A model generated the notes under the pieces. The model did not search any database, was not told the DNA's origin, and saw nothing but the letters and a program-made list of their open reading frames with translations. A stretch of DNA of 59,152 nt, the filler included. It is 5 parts of 5 records of this genome, joined end to end, with 100 filler letters (N's around TTAATTAATTAA, not from the genome) between each part and the next. Parts side by side here need not be neighbours in the genome. Positions count along the whole stretch, not along the records: positions 20,021 to 33,842 come from SRR31147125_3219; 4 more parts are not named here. The stretch is one strand, 5' to 3'. This document shows positions 22,296-31,244 of this stretch, piece after piece; position 1 is the first letter of the stretch; each line of letters opens with the position of its first letter. Made by a program: the position numbers and the translations under genes.

Positions 22296-23052
22296 TTATG
22301 ATGCTTTATTTATGTCAACAATGTGTACTGCCAGTTCCTCTGTCAGCATTGAAATCTGCTCTGGCTGTCCTAAATGTCTCGCAATTGCTTCGCGCACCTT
22401 CATTTTCATTATCGCGGTTCTTGCCAAAACGATGGCGGTTATACCTTTTTCTCTTTCTTCCACTAAAGCTGCCAGCTGACCGCTGCGGTCTTGCTCCATT
22501 TCTTCCTTTGCTGCCTCTAGGTCACCTATCATTTCCTGAAGTTCAATGCGGCGCAGCCGAAGCTTATTAATCTTTCTTCGGATCGGATCGTCACTAATGA
22601 AGCCGAGATAAACGTTGATGACAGAGGTGATAAGCGGCAACGTTCCCAGCAGCAGCGTCAGCGCCTTCGCAGCCGGCGAGCTGTCCGATACCGTGTTTAT
22701 ATCAAGGCCCGTCTGCGCCGACGAATAAACGATCAGCGAATCGGTGCCAGAGAAGCTCAGATCGCGTGTCTGCCACCGCAAGTAGAAAGTCGTCGAAAAC
22801 AGCAGCAGGAACACGCCGCCAAGCACGGCGATCGTCCAAAACGGCACGCGGGATCTTTCATAATACCGCTCGCGAATTAAGTACCCGGCAATGAGCGGAA
22901 TAAAATTCAGCGCAAGCGACAGGCCCCCGACGACAAGCTTGCTGATATACTGGTTTTCCACCATCACATTATCAATGACCGTATACAGGGTAGCCGCGTC
23001 CAGACAGGACAACCCGACAATCAAAAACATGATCGTTATCCGGTGCTGCCAC
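22296..23052 (-). CDS. Four-TM membrane protein with a C-terminal coiled coil, apparently 5'-truncated at about 23055
   Basis: Four hydrophobic segments then a heptad-rich tail; 13 nt upstream of the OmpA gene. Upstream of about 23055 the DNA belongs to a plus-strand helicase fragment, and no RBS is visible. Confidence 0.65.
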
Positions 23053-23059
23053 AAGGGTT

Positions 23060-24340
23060 GATCACAGGCTTGAAGGCCTTGTCGTTGATGACAACTTCTC
23101 CGATTATCTGTCGCAGCTGCTCTCTGCAAAGGTAGGAAGTCTACTTGAAGAGCTAGACGATCTCAATACGGAAGTCTGGCTAAAAATCACGCTGAAAAGC
23201 AGCGTTGGCTTTATGCTTCTGACCCGCTGCGGCATCGGCGCAAAATACTATTACTCCGCCGAAGATTTCAATCACATCTGCGATTTTAATACACCCGAGA
23301 CCATCTCTATCCTTGGGGCCGCCGGCAGCGATATATCCGAAATGATTCTGCGGGAAATTGCTGCAACGGTGAAGTCTCTGCAGCAGGAAGAGAAAAAACA
23401 GGTCCGTACATTTGCGGCCCACGAACACGACCGCTATGATGTAAATGTAAAATTCAAAAACGAAAGGAGTTTTGACCATGGAACTGTCCTACAGGCAGGA
23501 GGGCGATTATCTGCTTCCGAACCTGGCAATGCCGGAATCTCCGAAAGTTGGGAAGTTTGGAATGCTGCGGCGAAGCTTCCTGCGCAGCCAGCGAAATGGG
23601 ATTTATACCGGGATGATGCTCAGCGGAAAGCTGAACAGTCACTTGGAGGAGATCGACCAAAAAGCAAACGAGATGATGGAATTCCTGACAACACAGATGG
23701 CGAAATCAGAGGGCGTGACAGAGAGCCTGAAGGCGTCGAATCAGATGCGCTGGGTGGCGATGATGAACAGCATCAGGAGCCGGGCCGAGGAAGCGGTATT
23801 GACGGATCTGATTTACAGCTAAATGACCCTCTTCCCAGCGTCCAAGAACAACAGGATATCATTACAGAAGCGGAGGTTGAACGGGCTTCCGCTTTTTCCA
23901 TTTCTCAAGAAGATATTGATGCCATCCTTACTCGCGGCAACGGGGTTCATCACGGCAAATATCGTATTTACGAACAGTATCTGAAGCAAATGACTTCTGC
24001 TGACAATATCGCATTTCTCAAAAACGAATACGGTTGGGGCGGCGCATATCCAGCCGTCGCTGATCGTGAGCTTGATGAGATGCACGATGCTAAGGGGATC
24101 AAGATCAGCCATGTGGTGCCCATTGCTCTGGAACAGTACCTGAATGATCATCCTGGCATTCAAACCCTGCGGCTTCACCTTGACAACGACGAAGTCGGTT
24201 GCGGTGCGGTGGCAGGAATCGTCTCCAGCCTGAACAGGAGGTATCAAGTGTATAACGAACCGCCAAAATGCGGAAAGGATGTTAATGACCAGCTGAAAAT
24301 GAGAGTAGGAATAAGGAAAAAGGAGGATAATTGCCGATGA
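23060..24340 (+). pseudogene. Chimeric fragment: internal N-terminal part of an ICE giant helicase/methylase fused in frame (about 24108) to the C-terminus of a toprim (DUF3991-associated) protein
   Basis: The frame is open from about 23060 without a start (VDDNFSDYL..SSVGFMLLTRCG). HDAKGIKIS then switches to VPIALEQYL..LHLDNDEVG..PPKCGKDVND (toprim). Confidence 0.65.
23478..23822 (+). CDS. tnpV: TnpV protein, nested in another open frame
   Basis: RBS AAAGGAG; MELSYRQEGDYLLPNL..GKFGMLRRSFL..EGVTESLKASNQMRWVAMMNSIRSRAEEAVLTDLIYS, typical of TnpV. Confidence 0.9.
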   Translation: MELSYRQEGDYLLPNLAMPESPKVGKFGMLRRSFLRSQRNGIYTGMMLSGKLNSHLEEIDQKANEMMEFLTTQMAKSEGVTESLKASNQMRWVAMMNSIRSRAEEAVLTDLIYS

Positions 24341-25383
24341 TGGATATACGAATCTATCAAGTAAATCATGAACGGGACAAGGACAATGTAGGCTTTATGA
24401 GCTATGACACCTTACCCCGTTTTCAAGGCGAACAGGAACCAAACCCGGAGATCTACGACAAGGTGTTTGAAGGTCCCGTAGACTGCTCCAGCCTAGAAGG
24501 CATTTATGCAAAATTCAACACAGATCACCCCGCCGGGTACTGTGGGAGATCTCTTTCGGTATCAGATATCGTGGAGGTTATTGAAGCGCCGGACACAGAG
24601 TCCGGCTTTTATTTTTGCGACAGCATCGGTTTCAAAAGCGTTCCTTTTGATTCGGATCAGGCGCAGGAGAAATCCGATACCATTAAGGTGGTGCTGCTGG
24701 AACCGGGAAAACTCGCCAGAGTTGCCGACATTGATGCCTCTCTTGAAGGAATGCAGAAGATCGTGGGTGGCTGCATTGAAGGCTATTATCCCTTTGAGGA
24801 GATGGTGTGTATCGTGTGCAACGACGAAGGCAAAATCAACGGCATGGATTTAAACCGAGCAATACGCGAAGAAGATACTGTGACAGACATGACGTATGCA
24901 GAACTGACGAACCTTTTCCGCAACACGGAGCGCGATGGCTCAGGCAAGCATATCTCCGGGTATGTTGTCTTTAGCGCGGATAGCTTTACCGAAGCCTATT
25001 CAGAGGAGGCTCGCACGTATCTCGTCTCCAGTAACAACAAAGCATTTATACCCAATATGGGCGGTTATTCCATCTATGGCTCAGCTGTTGACGGCAGCGA
25101 TCCGTCGGCACGTCTTGAGCAATATATGGCTGCTGAAAAAGGCGGTAAGGATGGCTGGAAAGTCGAGCGCTGTTATATCAAGAAACCCGGCAGAGAAATT
25201 CTCGACATTATTGCCGGCCCCTGTTTTATCTGCGACTGCAGCGGCGAAAATTTCGGCAGCCTTTCCGCGGAGCAGCTTGATCGATACACAAAGAAATTCA
25301 GATATCCTGAGCAGTTTATCCGCGTAAACGGAAACATTGAGGCTATCCCTTACAAACCCCAGAACAAAGACCACGAAAGATGA
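24337..25383 (+). CDS. YodL-domain + DUF3846-domain protein with an inserted extra domain
   Basis: IYQ..FNTDHPAGYCGRSLSVSDIV..YFCDSIGF (YodL); LEGMQKIVGGCIE..VCNDEGK..NRAI and DIIAGPCFIC (DUF3846); ends in DHER. Confidence 0.8.
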   Translation: MMDIRIYQVNHERDKDNVGFMSYDTLPRFQGEQEPNPEIYDKVFEGPVDCSSLEGIYAKFNTDHPAGYCGRSLSVSDIVEVIEAPDTESGFYFCDSIGFKSVPFDSDQAQEKSDTIKVVLLEPGKLARVADIDASLEGMQKIVGGCIEGYYPFEEMVCIVCNDEGKINGMDLNRAIREEDTVTDMTYAELTNLFRNTERDGSGKHISGYVVFSADSFTEAYSEEARTYLVSSNNKAFIPNMGGYSIYGSAVDGSDPSARLEQYMAAEKGGKDGWKVERCYIKKPGREILDIIAGPCFICDCSGENFGSLSAEQLDRYTKKFRYPEQFIRVNGNIEAIPYKPQNKDHER

Positions 25384-25393
25384 GGAGATTACG

Positions 25394-25729
25394 ATGACGA
25401 AGAACTATGTTGTTGCCCTGGAGGCTACTTCCTATAAGGAAGTTCCCATTTCTGCGGCGTCCGAGGAAGCCGCTCTTGAGCTGGCGCATGAAATGTACTT
25501 CAATTACGGTGAACTTGAATTCAGTGATGATGACGTCATTGAGATCACCGCTGGTATAAAAGCCGATGATACCAATGATGTCAGCGAGGTTGTAAGCATT
25601 GATGAGCTTGAAGCCCTCTGTGAAATTGTAAGGTTCATCCGCTTCACCGACACCCCTGAAAAGGCTGTTGCGATTGGTCTAGTACGCACTATGGAATACC
25701 TGCGTGGAGAGCGGATGGCATTGTCTTGA
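25394..25729 (+). CDS. DpnD/PcfM-like small acidic ICE protein
   Basis: RBS GAGGAG; YVVALEATSYKEVPISAASEEAALELAHEMY pattern. Confidence 0.55.
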   Translation: MTKNYVVALEATSYKEVPISAASEEAALELAHEMYFNYGELEFSDDDVIEITAGIKADDTNDVSEVVSIDELEALCEIVRFIRFTDTPEKAVAIGLVRTMEYLRGERMALS

Positions 25730-25791
25730 CAAGCAACGTCTCTGTACGGACAGAGACCACTTGTCAGGGACTTGGCGTCCCTAAAACCCTG
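25727..25791. promoter_or_regulatory. Candidate oriT upstream of mobC
   Basis: Nested inverted repeats TGACAAG..GTCTCTGT-acgg-ACAGAGAC..CTTGTCA and AGGGAC-ttggc-GTCCCT immediately 5' of mobC-relaxase. Confidence 0.55.
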
Positions 25792-25810
25792 CTGAAAAGG
25801 ATGGTGTATT

Positions 25811-26134
25811 TTGAGAAAAAGAAATTGTAGATTTGAAGTTCGCTTCACAAAGGACGAGCTTTCCGACCTCACCAAAAAGGCCCGGAAGGCTCGTCTTTCA
25901 AATGGTGCATTTATCCGTCGGGCCGTCAGCGATCTGGAGGTAAAAGAGGCCCCTCCCGCTGATGTACCAACGCTGATTCGTGAGGTTCGCCGTGTCGGAC
26001 ATAATATCGACCAGATTTTGAAGATCTCCAATTCTCAGGGCCTTGTAGATGTACCTCAGCTTCATAAGGCGTTGGATGATAACCGCATTGTTGAGAAAGT
26101 GATCGTCAAGGCGTATACCATGCCGGAGGCCTAA
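25811..26134 (+). CDS. mobC: Relaxosome accessory protein MobC
   Basis: RHH-like N-terminus (EVRFTKDE..LSNGAFIRR); EVRRVGHNIDQI; directly before the relaxase. Confidence 0.85.
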   Translation: MRKRNCRFEVRFTKDELSDLTKKARKARLSNGAFIRRAVSDLEVKEAPPADVPTLIREVRRVGHNIDQILKISNSQGLVDVPQLHKALDDNRIVEKVIVKAYTMPEA

Positions 26135-26135
26135 A

Positions 26136-27236
26136 ATGGCGGTAACCTCAATCTGGCCCATCAAAAGCCATTTGGAGACGGTCATCAACTACGCTCGCAA
26201 TCCGGAAAAGACCATTGAAAAGAATTATGAGGGAATGGCCGCGCTCCATAAAATCGACAATGTGGTGGAGTATGCTGCGGACAATATGAAAACTGAGGAG
26301 CGCAAGTATGTGACCTGCATAAACTGCCGAGAAGAAACAGCAGTCGAACAGTTTATGGAAACAAAATGCTATTGGGGTAAAACCGATGGCCGCATCTGTT
26401 TCCATGGCTATCAGTCCTTTAAGGAAGATGAAGTTACAGCGGAAATCGCTCATGAAATTGGCGTGAAGCTTGCAGAGAGGTTATGGGATGACCGCTTCGA
26501 GGTAGTTGTCGCCACGCATTGCAATACGGGACATTACCATAATCATTTTGTTCTGAACTCGGTTTCGTGCGCAGACGGGTATCATTTTGATAATTCACCA
26601 TACGACTATCGCCGTATGCGGGAAGAATCCGACAGGCTTTGCCGCGAGTATCGAATTTCCGTTATTGAGAATCCAACCGGTCGCGGCAAAAACTATGGAG
26701 AATACCTCGCTGAAAAGAATGGCAAGCGAGCACCGCGCGGAACAATCCAGGCAGACATCGATCGTGCGATCGCCGCAAGCATCTCATGGAAGGGCTTTCA
26801 AAAGGAAATGGAGATTTGTGGGTATGAATTTAAGATTTACGGGGAAAGCGGAGCTCAGCTAAAATTTCCAGGACTAAAACCACCCGGAGCAAAGAGCTTC
26901 TTTCGGTTTCATAAGCTCGGCACAGGATATGGCCTTGATGACATTTATGAACGGCTTTCGAAAAAACTGAGCAGGTCCGTTCCATTCCCGGAGGAAGAAC
27001 GAGATGAAGTTTTGCGTCACAGAGCAAAGACGCAGCCGCAGTATCACAAACATGTGACGGGATTGCATGGCTTGTACATCCGCTACTGCTATGAACTTCA
27101 TATCATAGAGAAGCATCCGGCATCCGTAAAACGGGTGTCTTTTTTTATGCGTGAAGATCTCGTAAGGCTGGATAAATTGGATGCTCAGACCCGATTTCTT
27201 GGCAAGGCTCAGATCGAAACCATACGACGATGTTGA
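26136..27236 (+). CDS. MOBP-type relaxase, C-terminally truncated at about 27223
   Basis: YARNPEKT; HGYQSF; THCNTGHYHNH (3H motif). It ends abruptly at IETI where NlpC/P60 sequence begins. Confidence 0.88.
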   Translation: MAVTSIWPIKSHLETVINYARNPEKTIEKNYEGMAALHKIDNVVEYAADNMKTEERKYVTCINCREETAVEQFMETKCYWGKTDGRICFHGYQSFKEDEVTAEIAHEIGVKLAERLWDDRFEVVVATHCNTGHYHNHFVLNSVSCADGYHFDNSPYDYRRMREESDRLCREYRISVIENPTGRGKNYGEYLAEKNGKRAPRGTIQADIDRAIAASISWKGFQKEMEICGYEFKIYGESGAQLKFPGLKPPGAKSFFRFHKLGTGYGLDDIYERLSKKLSRSVPFPEEERDEVLRHRAKTQPQYHKHVTGLHGLYIRYCYELHIIEKHPASVKRVSFFMREDLVRLDKLDAQTRFLGKAQIETIRRC

Positions 27237-27906
27237 CGATAGTTGGTCAGAAAAAATCCTGCATATCACTATAGCACACAAAACCGCCGTGGACATGACA
27301 GCCATATATAATTTTTCAGAAAAGCAAAATACTCTACTGGAAGAACTGCTCGCGGAGCGTAATACATTACTGGATCTGATTGGCGAAGTGACGTTTATAA
27401 GCGCTGAAGCCGCGGAAGTTATTAAGAATCTTCCTGATGATATTTCTCCAGAGCGCAAAGCTGTTATAAAGGCGGCCGGCTCTCTTGTTGGCAAGGTTAA
27501 TTACTTTTGGGGCGGCAAGAGTTTGACCATTGGTTGGGATTCTCGTTGGGGCACCCTTCAAAAGGTTACGGCAGATGAAAGCCCAACCACCGGCACCTAT
27601 CGGCCATACGGTATGGACTGCTCAGGTTTCGTGGATTGGGTATTTTATAATGCCAGCTATGGCGAATACATCATCAGCCACGGTGGTGGTGCTGCCGCCC
27701 AGCACAGCCATTGCTATGCTATTTCATGGGAGGAGGCAATGCCGGGTGATCTGGTGTTTTATCCGGATGATGAGCATGTCGGCATCGTAGCAGGAAGAGA
27801 TGAAGATGGAATTTTGCTTATCATTCACTGCTCGAGCGGATACAACAATGTCGTAATTACAGGCGCTGACGGATTCACTTCTATCGCCAGGCCGTTATTT
27901 TACTGA
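27224..27906 (+). pseudogene. 5'-truncated NlpC/P60 (C40) conjugative cell-wall hydrolase
   Basis: YFWGGKS; GMDCSGFVDW; PGDLVF..HVGIV..IHCSS. No own RBS or start; joined to the relaxase. Confidence 0.75.
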
Positions 27907-27929
27907 TTTTGGTATTTCAACAATGCAAG

Positions 27930-27959
27930 GAGCGGTTTTCGCAGAAGCGAAAACCGCTC
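27930..27959. terminator. Strong hairpin (terminator)
   Basis: GAGCGGTTTTCGC-agaa-GCGAAAACCGCTC perfect 13-bp stem. Confidence 0.8.
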
Positions 27960-28165
27960 ACAATGTGTCCTTGTGCCCCTGCTATCTGTTTTGCTCACCA
28001 AGTATCAACGCTGGAATTGATTTGACCTAAGGGCAATAATATCCCGGCGATTACATTGAGTCAGGGAATCCGATTTTATCTATTTTTTGAATAATTCTCG
28101 CTCTGCGTCTTCACGCTATCCAATAATCGGAATCAAAGTTCTCCAAGTGTACTGAATCTATAATA

Positions 28166-29419
28166 CTAGTCTATTTTTGTATAAGATAATTTCTTAAAAA
28201 TAAAGTTATGAAATAAATCATCACTTTCATTTTTTGCCGAAGCATTTTTCCAGTATTCTAGTTCTTTTATTTCGTATAGCACTTTTTTCACCATGCTTCT
28301 TATTTCTTCTGGTTTATAAGAAATAAACTTAATTTTACCGGTGTTTTCTTTTTTCGTTTCTTTAATTGATAAAAACAAATAACCATCTAACTTTAATGCA
28401 TCGAAGAATTTATTTAATGCCATCACTAATTCCTCTTTATTTGAATGAACTAAAGCTGCACAAGCCCATACACAATCAAATTCTTCAATATAGTCAAGTT
28501 CTTTATATTGCATTACCTTAGCATAGGCATAAGCATATCTGTTGCAAAGGGTCACCATTTGTTTTGAAGCATCCACAGAAACCACTTTAAATCCGTTTTT
28601 AATAAAGTATCTTGTGTCTCTCCCTACACCACAACCCACATCAAGAATTCTGTCTCCCATATTGATGTATTCTCTAACTTTTTTATAACAATCCGCCATG
28701 TTCAAGTAATTTGTACTAGCGAAATAATCCAAATAATTCTTATTATAATACCTAATAACTTTCTTTAGATGACTAGTTTTTGTATCATGATAATTCTTCT
28801 TTTGATTCAGCAAAGAATACTGGCGTTCTAAGAGCTTATTAATTTGTGACTCTATAGCACCATCAAGCTCAAGAGGATATCGATAATGCTTTATATATTC
28901 ACTAAAATCAGTACCTGATAAATCATCATTTGTTGCTAATAAAAATATACGAATATGGGAACCAAATCTACCCAGCAAGTCGCTTATTGATGTGTTCTCA
29001 ACTTCCCAACCATATTTTTCAATTAGCAATTGCTCCTGTTTAGTTATTTCTTGTATTTGCTTTAAAATATTCTGATCGGCATTTTTAAATTTGCCGCCAG
29101 TAGTTTTGAAATCAACAGTTCTAAACCTTTCTCCTAATTTTTTCTTCTTGTCTTTTTCTTCTAATGCAAATAAGTTATATAAATCGTTTGATTCTCGCCT
29201 CAGCTCCTTAAATGGTCCATAAAAATTTTTTAGTTTTTCTTTTATTTCCTGTAATTCAACAATTTCTTGTTTTTCTTTAAAATCCTTTCTTCTGATGCCT
29301 AATTGCATAAAAAATGTCGCTATTATTGTAATTCCAATAATAGCTTCATAATTATCTTTGATAAATGTCCATAAAAAGCAAATTATATTTTCCCAAACAA
29401 ACTGAAAAAAAGTTTCCAT
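28166..29419 (-). CDS. TM-anchored helical domain fused to a class I SAM methyltransferase (TehB-like)
   Basis: N-terminal TM; ILDVGCGVGRDT, SVDAS, FDCVWACAALVH; RBS GGAGG before the ATG at 29419; AT-rich. Confidence 0.8.
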   Translation of the reverse strand: METFFQFVWENIICFLWTFIKDNYEAIIGITIIATFFMQLGIRRKDFKEKQEIVELQEIKEKLKNFYGPFKELRRESNDLYNLFALEEKDKKKKLGERFRTVDFKTTGGKFKNADQNILKQIQEITKQEQLLIEKYGWEVENTSISDLLGRFGSHIRIFLLATNDDLSGTDFSEYIKHYRYPLELDGAIESQINKLLERQYSLLNQKKNYHDTKTSHLKKVIRYYNKNYLDYFASTNYLNMADCYKKVREYINMGDRILDVGCGVGRDTRYFIKNGFKVVSVDASKQMVTLCNRYAYAYAKVMQYKELDYIEEFDCVWACAALVHSNKEELVMALNKFFDALKLDGYLFLSIKETKKENTGKIKFISYKPEEIRSMVKKVLYEIKELEYWKNASAKNESDDLFHNFIFKKLSYTKID

Positions 29420-29509
29420 ATAATCCTCCAATTCTGAATTCTACAAATGAATTGTTGAAAATGCTGTGGGAAAGCAGACTATTTTTCGGAAGAATTAAAA
29501 GAATAAATA

Positions 29510-29626
29510 TCACTTCTGTTTTTCTTCAAGGTATTCAATGATTTCCGGTTGCGTTTTCTATATGTTATCAAGTTTTTTGTCAATGCTCATCAAAGCCGCG
29601 GCCATAAAAAGGATGGCAGGATCTAC
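29510..29626 (-). pseudogene. Gene remnant with an internal stop
   Basis: VDPAILFMAAALMSIDKKLDNI*KTQPEIIEYLEEKQK*; protein-like, no start codon. From recall it resembles an internal segment of a Firmicute hypothetical family. Confidence 0.45.
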
Positions 29627-29658
29627 CTAAACGAACTTTTACATGGATTATAGTTTTT

Positions 29659-30225
29659 TTATTTCTTTAGAATCCTGCAATAATACTGCTCAATTGTACG
29701 AGAGCAGTGTTTCATTATCAGTTTGCGATTATCTTGAGTAATAATTTTCCAAATTGAAGGTGCGATCGTTATTATTCCTGTTGTTTTATTAAAAAACAGA
29801 TATCTCTTCTTTTCAAACACCGCTACAGGATAAGTAATAATAGTTCTTTTTGCACCGACACGATCCGAAACGTTCTTTGCAAACGTGCTATCGTCTTTTT
29901 CTACAATAAGCCCTCTATCCTTTCTGATAGAGTAAAAATCGATAAAAAAGTCTACAACGTCCGAAAGCAAAGCCTCACCCTGCACATTTGCTTTTTCAAG
30001 GAGAGCCAATAGCAAAACGGGTTTGTAGGAATAACTTGTTTTCATATTAAGCAGTTCATTTGCAAACAAACGAACTATTTTATCGTCAGAATCATCATGC
30101 AATATATAATTTTTGTTGCAGACAACAGTTTTCTTTTTGATTGATTCAAATAGTTTAATTGGATTATCAAAATCAGACAGATCAAAGTCATCAATTTTCA
30201 ATGACCAGTTATTCTTATCTTCCAT
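29659..30225 (-). CDS. Stand-alone helical DNA-recognition domain (SBD-like / HNH- or helicase-associated YKPVLL family)
   Basis: MKTSYSYKPVLLLALL..LSDVVDFFIDFY..GLIVEK..YPVAVF pattern; no HNH motif attached. Confidence 0.55.
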   Translation of the reverse strand: MEDKNNWSLKIDDFDLSDFDNPIKLFESIKKKTVVCNKNYILHDDSDDKIVRLFANELLNMKTSYSYKPVLLLALLEKANVQGEALLSDVVDFFIDFYSIRKDRGLIVEKDDSTFAKNVSDRVGAKRTIITYPVAVFEKKRYLFFNKTTGIITIAPSIWKIITQDNRKLIMKHCSRTIEQYYCRILKK

Positions 30226-30245
30226 ATTATTCCACCCCAATAATC

Positions 30246-31235
30246 TTAAATTCCACGCTCTTGCTTAAGCCTTTTCATCAAGGCAATTGGGTCATCTAAT
30301 AGTTCGAAGTTCTCATTTTCATTAGATTGTCCTAAAGTGGTCAGTAGTATATTTGAACTGTTGGTATACTTCTGTTCCACGATACTGCTTTCTTCAAAAG
30401 CCTTTTCAGCTTCAAATAACATTTCCAACGGGTTTACACGCGAGGTTTTGATAAATTCAAGATCTTCAAAACAGCATTCCATCTCTGAGTCAAAAAGTGC
30501 TTCGTCAAAGCCATTACTAAGCTTTGGCGGCGGGTTATTATAATTTGAGGTAAAGTACTCTTCAATTGATGATTTACATAGTAAATCTGCCGGATCGTCA
30601 TCACAGTCATTATTAAAACAAAAAGTCGGATACTTTTCCTCAGTTTCACAACTAATGCAACGTCGAATTCCATTGATCATGTTGATTATTCCCGAGTAGT
30701 ATTCGTAGAAATCATCAGAATCGTTTCGGCAAAGAAGCTCGTTTTCCAGAATGCCCCAGTTGGTTGAAGATGTTATTAGTGGACTCATTATACAGTCACG
30801 TGAAATTTTATTGCTTTTTATACAAGAACAGCCGATATGTACGCCGTTATCGCAGACAAATAAATAAACATTAAATCCATCAAAAGCTTTGTTGAATATT
30901 TTCATGAATTCTATTCCGTCATACAAAGGGTCAGAACTAGATGAGAAATCGATCGAAACTATACAGCAATCTATAGCGCCTTGTTTTGATTGCTTCGTGT
31001 AAACGTAATAGTCAACTTCAGAGTTAATACTTCTAATATAGTCTCTCTCCTGCTTAGTATAGATTTCATGACTGTTTCCGTCGCTAAAAATCATTCTGCT
31101 AAAGGCTTTTGTCGAAAATGATGCGTTTTCATCTAGTAGCCAGGATGATTGTAAAAATGCGCATGAATGCTGTACCGAATAATATCCAATCAGGTCATCA
31201 TATGCAGTTTCGATCATAGCATCCTGCGCATTCAT
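30246..31235 (-). CDS. Hypothetical acidic, Cys-rich protein in the putative defence operon
   Basis: 329-aa ORF with short spacers to both neighbours; no motif recognised. Confidence 0.7.
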   Translation of the reverse strand: MNAQDAMIETAYDDLIGYYSVQHSCAFLQSSWLLDENASFSTKAFSRMIFSDGNSHEIYTKQERDYIRSINSEVDYYVYTKQSKQGAIDCCIVSIDFSSSSDPLYDGIEFMKIFNKAFDGFNVYLFVCDNGVHIGCSCIKSNKISRDCIMSPLITSSTNWGILENELLCRNDSDDFYEYYSGIINMINGIRRCISCETEEKYPTFCFNNDCDDDPADLLCKSSIEEYFTSNYNNPPPKLSNGFDEALFDSEMECCFEDLEFIKTSRVNPLEMLFEAEKAFEESSIVEQKYTNSSNILLTTLGQSNENENFELLDDPIALMKRLKQERGI

Positions 31236-31244
31236 ATCTTATAC

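Larger units (their letters stand above)
23060..27959 (+). mobile_element. Internally deleted Clostridia-type ICE / conjugative transposon remnant
   Basis: Helicase-methylase fragment, tnpV, toprim fragment, YodL/DUF3846, DpnD/PcfM-like, oriT-mobC-relaxase and NlpC/P60; no T4SS ATPases or integrase on the contig. Confidence 0.8.

Noticed and set aside
21050-23052. Zorya ZorAB call for the TM + OmpA pair
   Set aside because: The OmpA protein is a lipoprotein with a large vWA-like domain rather than a single-TM MotB type, and no zorC/D/E genes are present.
27960-28165. Possible ncRNA or gene remnant (RTLIPIIG*REDAERELFKK on the minus strand)
   Set aside because: Too short, with no convincing structure or family match.
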